This document shows positions 1 to 9,310 of a stretch of 10,319 bases of DNA, piece after piece. This stretch comes from Eledone cirrhosa. Taxonomy: Eukaryota. Under the pieces are notes generated by a model. That model was not told the origin of the DNA, did no database searches, and saw only the letters and a list, made by a program, of their open reading frames with translations. Made by a program: the position numbers and the translations under genes. Numbering within the stretch: the first letter of the stretch is position 1; the number at the start of each line of letters is the position of its first letter. Location: contig CAXHJY010000952.1 of NCBI GenBank assembly GCA_964016885.1, positions 1-10,319 on the forward strand, written 5' to 3'.

Positions 1-52
1 TATATATATATTATAAATATATATATAATATATATATAATATATATTTATAT

Positions 53-136
<84 letters not shown>

Positions 137-138
137 AT

Positions 139-174
<36 letters not shown>

Positions 175-176
175 AT

Positions 177-216
<40 letters not shown>

Positions 217-218
217 AT

Positions 219-263
<45 letters not shown>

Positions 264-317
264 AATATATATATAATATATATATAATATATATATATAT
301 AATAAATATATATATAT

Positions 318-348
<31 letters not shown>

Positions 349-356
349 ATAAATAT

Positions 357-408
<52 letters not shown>

Positions 409-504
409 AATATATATATATATTATATATATATAATATATATATATAATATATATATATATTATATATATATAATATATATATATAATATATATATATA
501 TAAT

Positions 505-552
<48 letters not shown>

Positions 553-583
553 AATATATATATATATTATATATATAATATAT

Positions 584-631
<48 letters not shown>

Positions 632-839
632 AATATATATATATATTATATATATAATATATATATATATATATTATATATATATAATATATATATATAT
701 TATATATATAATATATATATATATATAATATATATATATAATATATATATATAATATATATATATAATATATATATATAATATATATATATATAATATAT
801 ATATATAATATATATATATATAATATATATATATATAAT

Positions 840-887
<48 letters not shown>

Positions 888-1126
888 ATTATATATATAT
901 AATATATATATATATAATATATATATATATAATATATATATAACATATATATATATATATAAATACATATATATATATATATATATATAATATATATATA
1001 ACATATATATATATAATATATATATAACATATATATATATATAATATATATATAATATATATATAATATATATAATATATATATATATATAATATATATA
1101 TATATATATAATATAATATATATATA

Positions 1127-1213
<87 letters not shown>

Positions 1214-1224
1214 GATATATATAT

Positions 1225-1269
<45 letters not shown>

Positions 1270-1304
1270 ATATATATTATATATATAATATATATATAAT
1301 ATAT

Positions 1305-1336
<32 letters not shown>

Positions 1337-1469
1337 ATATATATATAATATATATGATATATATATTATATATATTAATATATATATATATATATATAAT
1401 ATATATATAATATATATGATATATATATTATATATATAATATATATATATATATATATGATATATATAT

Positions 1470-1502
<33 letters not shown>

Positions 1503-1521
1503 ATATATATATATATATATA

Positions 1522-1561
<40 letters not shown>

Positions 1562-1754
1562 TATATATATATATATATAATATATATAATATATATATAT
1601 AATATATATAATATATATAATATATATAATATATATATATATATATATAATATATATAATATATATATATAATATATATAATATATATATAATATATATA
1701 TATATATAATATATATATAATATATATAATATATATAATATATATATATATATA

Positions 1755-1795
<41 letters not shown>

Positions 1796-1921
1796 TATAT
1801 AATATATATAATATATATAATATATATATATAATATATATATAATATATATAATATATATAATATATATAATATATAATATATATATAATATATATATAA
1901 TATATATATAATATATATATA

Positions 1922-1962
<41 letters not shown>

Positions 1963-2032
1963 ATATATAATATATATATATATATAATATATATATAATA
2001 TATATATATATAATATATATATAATATATATA

Positions 2033-2114
<82 letters not shown>

Positions 2115-2222
2115 TACGGCTCTGTCCTCAGACATTGAGCTAACCTCATACTGCCTGCTGGATAAGTGGAGTGTTATACACCCCTGATCCTTTCCCTAGC
2201 ATACTATATATATATATATAAT

Positions 2223-2254
<32 letters not shown>

Positions 2255-2578
2255 ATATATATATATAATATATATATAATATATATAATATATATAATAT
2301 ATATAATATATATATATATATAATATATATATATATATAATATATATATATATATAATATATATATATATATAATATATATATATTATATATATAATATA
2401 TATATAATATATATATTATATATATATAATATATATATAATATATATATAATATATATATAATATATATATTATATATATATTATATATATATAATATAT
2501 ATATAATATATATATAATATATATATAATATATATATAATATATATATAATATATAATATATATATATATATAATATA
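1..2578. repeat. Giant interrupted (TA)n microsatellite/low-complexity array, with one unique island at 2114-2204
   Basis: Almost purely A/T alternation with frequent TAA, fewer TTA and rare C/G interruptions; begins before the window start. Confidence 0.98.
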
Positions 2579-3062
2579 TAAAATAAAGTTAAATAAAAAG
2601 TCAAATGATTAAAATTTAGCTTCGTTTATTACTGCTATATATATTTCAGTGACAGTCATCTTTGGCTGTGACCTCTTCAGGCAGTTTGAATTAGTATGGT
2701 ATAGACAAGTACATATGTTGTTGAGGTGTATGATATTGTCAATACTCTGATATGCCCAGTTCCTGGTTGGGTTGTTATTTCACTGAGGAACTGGAATCAT
2801 ATGAATTCAAACAAACGAATTTCAGTGTCAAATGTCCTCTTCTCCTCTCATTGGTCAGTTATTAGAACATTCCTCATTCTAATTGTTGTTATTGTTGGAG
2901 TTAGCTTAAAAAATTGATAAAATGGTAGAAGGGACAATGTGTTAAAGGAACAAAATAACAAAAAAAGTGTCAAACTTCCCATTAGTCAGTTCTGAGAGCA
3001 TTCCTCAGTCAGAAGTCTATAGAATTCTTTCTGGGGTGAGGCTCCCTGTAGTGTTTTATAGA
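2579..3062 (-). mobile_element. 5'-truncated Penelope-like element fragment (pseudo-LTR region with hammerhead ribozyme), inserted in (TA)n
   Basis: Unique sequence bounded by TA tracts on both sides. 2579-2800 matches 8372-8592 (about 7 substitutions and 1 indel by eye) and has the same TAAAATAAAGTT junction with (TA)n. Contains a hammerhead on the minus strand. PLE assignment is inferred from the ribozyme type and the inverted-copy architecture; no RT ORF is seen. Confidence 0.7.
2631..2685 (-). ncRNA. Type I hammerhead ribozyme (minimal, palindromic stem III)
   Basis: Minus strand reads ACUGC-CUGAAGA-GGUCACAGCCA-AAGA-UGACUGUCACU-GAAA-UAUAUAUA-GCAGU: stem I ACUGC/GCAGU, CUGAnGA core, stem II hairpin with two mismatches, GAAA, AUA cleavage triplet. 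Confidence 0.85.
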
Positions 3063-3383
<321 letters not shown>

Positions 3384-3608
3384 TGTATGTGAAATTGAAT
3401 AGAAAAAGTACCAGCTCATCTTGTTTTATAATCTGTTAATCTGGTCTTCAATTGTAGAATAGGATACGTTGATCTGGACTCCAGATAAGTCTTTTTGATA
3501 TTTATATTCACATAATATATATATGTGTGTGTGGTGTGTGTGTGGTGTGTTTGTGATGTGTTTGTGTGTAGACATATATATATTATGTTATTTCTGTTTA
3601 CCTTTTAC

Positions 3609-3641
<33 letters not shown>

Positions 3642-3861
3642 TATACACATAAATACATATATATATGTGTGTGTGTGTGTGTAGGTTTTTAAGGGCAGTG
3701 ACCAAGCGAACAAACGGATTGATAATCTGAACAAAGGGGGTGTTTGGGTGTCTGTGTGTTCGTTTGTATGTAGAAATATTTCATAAGCTATCCAACAATT
3801 TGCAATCTACCTCTTTTGTGACACTTGGTTTGATCTCTTCATAAACTGGACATTAATTTAA

Positions 3862-3863
3862 TC

Positions 3864-3934
<71 letters not shown>
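3862..3934. repeat. (CT)n microsatellite
   Basis: Alternating CT run with two CCC interruptions. Confidence 0.97.
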
Positions 3935-3939
3935 TTCCC

Positions 3940-4740
3940 GGTGGCTAGCTAGGTACCTAGTTAGTTAGATGGCTTCAAGAGCTGGTCAGCTAGTCATGTT
4001 ATCAAAATATCAGTTGCTTTTTCCTTGTAGCTAGCTCGCTGGTCAGTTAACCATTTAATCTAAATATCTGTTGTAGCTAGCTCGCTGGTTAGATGTCTTC
4101 GAGAGCCAGTCTGCTTGCTTGCTATTTAATCTAAATATTTGTCGATTTTTCTGGTATCTTGCTAGCTAGTTTGGTATCTTCAAAAGCTGGTCAGCAGGTG
4201 ATTAAATCTATATATCTACCACTTTTTTTGACATCTATCTATCTATCTATGAGGGTTGTACATTTTTTCGGGGTGTGTACAACCCCTATTGTGTGTACAT
4301 CCCCTATTGGGGATATCAATTGTTATTTGTTATTTTATTAATAGTTTTATTTTCATATACCTGTATGTAAACTCCCCATTTGTATTTGTCCCCTTCTTTT
4401 GTGCCCTTGTGGCTAATAAAGAAATTTATCTATCTATCTATCTATCTAGATAGATAGATAGATATCTTCAACATCTGACCATATAGTAATTTAATCTACA
4501 TATCTACCGCCTTTTCTGGCAGCTAGGTATCGTCAAAATCTACCCAGGTAACCATTTTATCTACCACTTTCTATGGTAGTTATCTTCATAAACTGGCAAC
4601 CAATTTTAATCTAAATATCTACATTTTTTATTTTTTTGTCGATCTTCGTGTTATGTTTGTTGCTAGCTAACAACATAAAACATAAATTGTCTACCGATTT
4701 TCAAGCGGCAATATATTTATCCTTATAGCTAGTTCGTTAT
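3940..4740. repeat. Degenerate minisatellite-like array, interrupted by an insertion at ~4251-4426
   Basis: Recurring motifs GCTAGCT, TCTTCAA..CTGG and TTTAATCTAAATATCT-like (near 4053, 4126, 4201, 4490, 4555, 4605). Confidence 0.7.
4251..4447 (+). mobile_element. Probable 3' UTR end of a 5'-truncated non-LTR retrotransposon with (TATC)n tail/target
   Basis: T-rich segment ending in AATAAA (4415-4420) then GAAATT and (TATC)n; (ATCT)n also on the 5' side (4233-4250); interrupts an otherwise continuous degenerate array. Confidence 0.55.
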
Positions 4741-4821
4741 GTAATCTGGATATGTACTTTGTCTTAAAGTTGTTGTTGTTGTTGCTGTCTTTGTTTTGGA
4801 TATTCAGTAATTGCTAACCAC

Positions 4822-4844
4822 TCTCTCTCTGTATACACATATAT

Positions 4845-4923
<79 letters not shown>

Positions 4924-4963
4924 TGTATGGATATGCACATAAAACACACACGTAAATATATAT

Positions 4964-4994
<31 letters not shown>

Positions 4995-5188
4995 AATGAA
5001 AAGTATAGAAATTATTGTAGCAAGAAGCCAACAGTATTCCATAATATATATATATATATACATATAATATATATATAAATACGCATATAATATATATATA
5101 TATATATATATACATATAATATATATATAAATACACATATAATATATATATATATATATACATATAATATATATATATATATATATAC

Positions 5189-5248
<60 letters not shown>

Positions 5249-5298
5249 TACATATAATTTATATATATATATATACATATAATTTATATATATATATA

Positions 5299-5329
<31 letters not shown>

Positions 5330-5354
5330 CATATAATATATATATATACATATA

Positions 5355-5448
<94 letters not shown>
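4822..5448. repeat. Compound microsatellite (CT/CA/TA/TG) with higher-order (TA)n-CA-TATAA units at 5041-5360
   Basis: Direct reading of the sequence. Confidence 0.95.
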
Positions 5449-5453
<5 letters not shown>

Positions 5454-5718
5454 ACGTTTAAGATCCATTTGTTTTAGGAGCTCTTTAACATCGATGTGTT
5501 TAACGTACACAACAACAACAACAACGCTATCCATTATGTCCTCCATGTTTTGTTTTTATGGATTTCTGTTTCTTGTAAACCTCATCTGGAACTAAACAGC
5601 CGTTTCAGAATATATTCGAATACATTAGCATATATTGTAATATATTAACATATATTATAATATATTAGAATGTTGTTCTATATGAGGATGACTTTATTTA
5701 TTTGGATATAATCTCTCC

Positions 5719-5721
<3 letters not shown>

Positions 5722-5785
<64 letters not shown>

Positions 5786-5906
5786 AATGAGAGTGCGTGT
5801 GCCTCTATATATATGCATGTATTTATATATATGCATATGTGTTTATATTTATATATATATATTTATATATATATATATATACATACATATGTGTTGATAT
5901 ATATCA

Positions 5907-5937
<31 letters not shown>
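5722..5937. repeat. (TA)n and degenerate purine-pyrimidine alternating tract
   Basis: Direct reading of the sequence. Confidence 0.9.
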
Positions 5938-6092
5938 CTGACGAAACATAAGTCAATTGCATGAACTCATAATCCTTTATTTATTGCTATATATATTTCA
6001 ATGATAGCCATTCAATGGCTATGACCTCATCAGGCAGTTAGTCAGTTCTTTGATATGCCAGCTCTGTGTTTATAGTGTTGATGCCTTGGGAC
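5938..6092 (-). mobile_element. Short fragment of a second, diverged hammerhead-bearing (Penelope-like) element family in (TA)n
   Basis: 155-bp island between TA tracts. Contains a hammerhead homologous to the other three and a 19-nt motif (6041-6059) matching 2738-2756 at 16/19; other flanks are largely unrelated. Confidence 0.65.
5983..6038 (-). ncRNA. Type I hammerhead ribozyme, diverged variant
   Basis: Minus strand reads ACUGC-CUGAUGA-GGUCAUAGCCA-UUGAA-UGGCUAUCAUU-GAAA-UAUAUAUA-GCAAU; canonical CUGAUGA; stem II AUAGCCA/UGGCUAU; one C.A mismatch in stem I. Confidence 0.85.
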
Positions 6093-6359
6093 ATATATAT
6101 ATATATATATATATGAAAATAGAGAAATTAATGTGAGCAAGAAGCCAACAGTAATTCATACATGTAAGTGACTATATCGTCAAGATGGAAAATATTTAAC
6201 GTAAGATATGGTAAAAATAATTCAATCTCAATTCAAAAAGGTCAAGACAGAAATTTTATCCACAGATTTTGTGTAATCCAGGGATAAAACCAATAGAGTC
6301 TTAACTCAGAATAAAATTATGGGTAAATACTTATCCTTCAATTTGGAAAAATCTACAAA

Positions 6360-6399
6360 TATATATATATATATATAAACACATATGCATATATATATA

Positions 6400-6447
<48 letters not shown>

Positions 6448-6465
6448 TATATATATATATATATA
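6360..6465. repeat. Interrupted (TA)n microsatellite
   Basis: Direct reading of the sequence. Confidence 0.93.
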
Positions 6466-6578
6466 GGAGATGGATAAATTTATAACCTAATACGGTGGTA
6501 TAGTTCCGGATATATTTTCATAGACGACGTATTTTAATTTAACACCGCTTTAAAGCATCCTTGTTTACTTTACACCGT

Positions 6579-6760
6579 TTCCTGTTTAAATTAACTCCAT
6601 CCATATTTTTAAAATAGTTTCTCTTTCCTAAATAAATACTGTAGTATGTACATAAAGCGTTTATTTCTCTCGAATATAAACTATATGTCTTCCTGTTTAA
6701 ATTAACGCCATACATATTTTAAAAGATAGTTTCTCTCGGATAAATGGATACTGTAGTACA
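6579..6760. repeat. Diverged direct duplication, period 111 bp
   Basis: TTCCTGTTTAAATTAAC..CATATTTT..ATAGTTTCTCT..ATACTGTAGTA starts at both 6579 and 6690. Confidence 0.85.
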
Positions 6761-6820
6761 GTGTTTCCAAAAGTAGATTCCACAAAGGAGAGTCTGGGAT
6801 TTCTGTGAAAAAAAGATAAA

Positions 6821-7099
6821 GGAGTATATTTATATTGGTTTCAGATTTAGGTACAAGGCCAACAATTTTTTTTTGGGGGGGGGGGGAATGTCGAGTAAAC
6901 TGACCTCAGTGAATTACTGGTACTTTATTTTATCGACCCTGTAAGGATGAAAAGAGGAGTATATTTATATTGGTTTCAGATTTAGGTTCAAACCCAACAA
7001 TTTTGGAGGAGGGGAATGTTGATTAAACTTACCCCAGTGAATTACTGGTACTTTATTTTATCGACCCTGTAAGGATGACAAGAGGAATGTATTTATATT
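6821..7099 (-). mobile_element. Tandem duplication (6821-6955, 6956-7083, partial 7084-7099) of a SINE body/3' fragment plus flank
   Basis: The two units share CAGTGAATTACTGGTACTTTATTTTATCGACCCTGTAAGGATGA exactly. The reverse complement (TCATCCTT..GGGTCGATAAAATAAAGTACCAG...TGAAACCAAT) resembles, from memory, an abundant octopod tRNA-derived SINE body; the tRNA head is absent. Confidence 0.7.
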
Positions 7100-7235
7100 A
7101 CAACCATATAACAGTATTGAGGTCTGGAGAAGAGATGGGTTCCACTAATTGAAAGATTGCCCTAGAAATACCATATGTCAATATGGCGTCCTTATGACTT
7201 TGTCAGGGGTTACAGGAAGAGAAGGAGAAAGACTT

Positions 7236-7560
7236 CTGCTGCTGCTGTTGTTACTGTGTTGTTATTGTTGCTGTTGTTAATTTTATTGTTATTGTTGCTG
7301 CTATAGTTGTTGTTGTTTCTGCTGCTGTTTCTGTTGTTATTGTTGCTGTTGTTATTGTCGTTGTTATTGCTGTTGTTATTGCTGCTGTTGTTGTCGTTGT
7401 TATTGCTGTTGTTATTGTTGCTGTTGTTATTGCTGTTGTTATTGTTGCTGTTGTTATTGCTGTTGTTATTATTGCTGTTGTTGTCGTTGTTATTGCTGTC
7501 GTTATTGTTGCTGTTATTGCTATTGTCGTTATTGTTATTGTTGCTATTGTCGTTATTGTC
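7236..7560. repeat. Compound trinucleotide array (GTT/ATT/GCT/GTC)
   Basis: Recurring GTTATTGCT/GTTATTGTTGCT units. Confidence 0.95.
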
Positions 7561-7661
7561 TCCTCCATCTTATTAACTTCTCCTCCATCAGTTTTCTTTC
7601 TTTTTTTCTTCTCATTCTTTAAAAAATATTGACTTTAAAAAAAAAACTTTTGCAGAATTCT

Positions 7662-7881
7662 CTACTACTACTACTGCTGCTACTACTGATACTGTTACCA
7701 CTACCACTACCACTGCTGCTGCTACTACTGCTACTGTTACTATTACCACTACTACTGCTGCTGCTGCTACTACTAGTGACAGTATTGATGGAGGTGCTGT
7801 TGTTGGTGGTGGTGGTGGTAGTAGTAGTAGTAGTAGTGGTAGTAGTAGTAGTGGAGTGGTAGTGGTAGTAGTAGTAGTAGT
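7662..7881. repeat. Trinucleotide arrays (CTA/CTG/CCA)n followed by (GTG/GTA)n
   Basis: 7662-7775 is CTA/CTG-rich and 7797-7881 is GTG/GTA-rich; the two are loosely reverse-complementary. Confidence 0.93.
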
Positions 7882-7951
7882 AAATATGAGTATTATGTTA
7901 TGAAACAATCCATCAATTGTACGTGTTCCATTTGAAGAATGGTGTGTCTGA

Positions 7952-7978
7952 GTTGTTGTTGTTGTTGTTGTTGTTGTT
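7952..7978. repeat. (GTT)n microsatellite
   Basis: Nine GTT units. Confidence 0.95.
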
Positions 7979-8307
7979 TAGAAGACATTAGAATTCAACA
8001 GCTCTTCTACTCAAATTAATGAAGGCAGCAATCTTAGTATTTCTGGGGAAAGAATAGAATATTATTCCAGGGGGGTTTCATATTCAACATTCCTTCAAAG
8101 CTGTTGTTGTTGTTGTCCTTTTTCTTTTTCTTCTTTTTACACCACCTATTACTCAGACACGCCTTCCAAAGACCCTATCAGAAGCAAACGTCACGTTTTG
8201 GTGACGTTTAAAGCTAGTAATTTAAAAAAATAGAAATTACAGTGGGGGGGGGGGGGGAATTAACAGCGTTTTATTTCGATGCTATTCTGTACGACGAAGA
8301 TTATCAT

Positions 8308-8311
<4 letters not shown>

Positions 8312-8371
<60 letters not shown>
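8312..8371. repeat. (TA)n, left flank of the fold-back element
   Basis: Pure TA run. Confidence 0.98.
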
Positions 8372-8378
<7 letters not shown>

Positions 8379-8422
8379 AAGTTAAATAAAAGTCAAATGA
8401 TTAAAATTTAGCTTCGTTTATT

Positions 8423-8477
8423 ACTGCTATATATATTTCAGTGACAGCCATCTTTGGCTGTGACCTCTTCAGGCAGT
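8423..8477 (-). ncRNA. Type I hammerhead ribozyme (left arm)
   Basis: Minus strand reads ACUGC-CUGAAGA-GGUC-ACAGCCA-AAGA-UGGCUGU-CACU-GAAA-UAUAUAUA-GCAGU; perfect 7-bp upper stem II. Confidence 0.9.
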
Positions 8478-8726
8478 TTGAATTAGTATGGTATAGACAA
8501 GTACATATGTTGTTTAGGTGTATGATATTGTCAATACTCTGATATGCCCAGTTCCTTGCTGGGTTGTTAATTCACTGGGGAACTGGAGTCATATCTCATA
8601 TCTCATATATCATGACTCCAGTTCCCCAGTGAATTAACAACCCAGCAAGGAACTGGGCATATCAGAGTATTGACAATATCATACACCTAAACAACATATG
8701 TACTTGTCTATACCATACTAATTCAA

Positions 8727-8781
8727 ACTGCCTGAAGAGGTCACAGCCAAAGATGACTGTCACTGAAATATATATAGCAGT
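8727..8781 (+). ncRNA. Type I hammerhead ribozyme (right arm)
   Basis: ACTGC 8727-8731, CTGAAGA 8732-8738, stem II, GAAA 8765-8768, TATATATA 8769-8776, GCAGT 8777-8781; predicted cleavage 3' of 8776. Confidence 0.88.
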
Positions 8782-8922
8782 AATAAACGAAGCTAAATTT
8801 TAATCATTTGACTTTTATTTAACTTTATTTTACACTACTCCGGAGTAACCAAACCAACCTGCGCACTTCGTCGAGTGCTCCAGCCTGCATACTGAGGTGT
8901 TGGTATACAACCAACATAAACT

Positions 8923-8927
<5 letters not shown>

Positions 8928-8994
<67 letters not shown>
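8928..8994. repeat. (TA)n, right flank of the fold-back element
   Basis: Pure TA run. Confidence 0.98.
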
Positions 8995-8997
<3 letters not shown>

Positions 8998-9310
8998 CAG
9001 CTAGATCCGAACAATTCGGAGCGGCCGGAGCTCAGCCGTCGGGGTCCTAGCTCATTCATATATTATATTATATTATTTATTTATTTATGTTCATACAAGG
9101 AATAAAGGCGCTTCTGAAGGTTTCAATGTCCAAATTTGACCATTCCTCCAGAAAACAAGAAACCCGGCGTCCGGTTAATTTTACCTCAAACGAAAGAGAT
9201 CAGTAGCTAGAAGTGTGTTGGTTCGTAGAAGAGATAGGAAGAAATAAGAAAGGGATAAAATAGACATTATATTGTCTCCTCGACTTTTAGACCGCCATTG
9301 GTTTCGACAA

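Larger units (their letters stand above)
8372..8927. mobile_element. Fold-back element: inverted pair of hammerhead-bearing pseudo-LTR fragments plus one-sided 3' tail (Penelope-like)
   Basis: Arms 8372-8592 and 8612-8832 are reverse complements (221 bp, single mismatch 8448/8756); 19-nt spacer; extension 8833-8927 on the right arm only; pure (TA)n on both sides. Confidence 0.8.

Noticed and set aside
674-2135. ORFs 674-1030 and 1428-2135 (Ile/Tyr-rich)
   Set aside because: Translations of (TA)n; stop-free on the minus strand only because of the interruption bias.
2850-2945. Minus-strand peptide NTLSLLPFYQFFKLTPTITTIRMR as a possible GIY-YIG C-terminal remnant
   Set aside because: Position upstream of the ribozyme would fit, but similarity is only impressionistic and the frame is short; needs a tBLASTn/HMM search.
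3684-3850. Possible micro-exons (+ VFKGSDQANKRIDNLNKG after 3683; - YEEIKPSVTKE at ~3811-3845)
   Set aside because: AG/GT boundaries exist, but the segments are too short, on opposite strands and unsupported without transcript data.
3940-4740. CRISPR-like repeat-spacer array
   Set aside because: Repeats are degenerate and irregularly spaced, the context is eukaryotic and there are no cas genes.
5938-5975. Other CUGAnGA words (+ 5938, + 2783, - 2126, - 3002) as extra hammerheads
   Set aside because: No stem II followed by GAAA and no stem I pairing.
6757-6780. TA-CAGTG start resembling a Tc1/mariner terminal inverted repeat
   Set aside because: No matching opposite end found in the window.
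7251-7908. Poly-Thr/Leu/Val ORFs
   Set aside because: Trinucleotide arrays are open in several frames on both strands; no evidence favours one frame.
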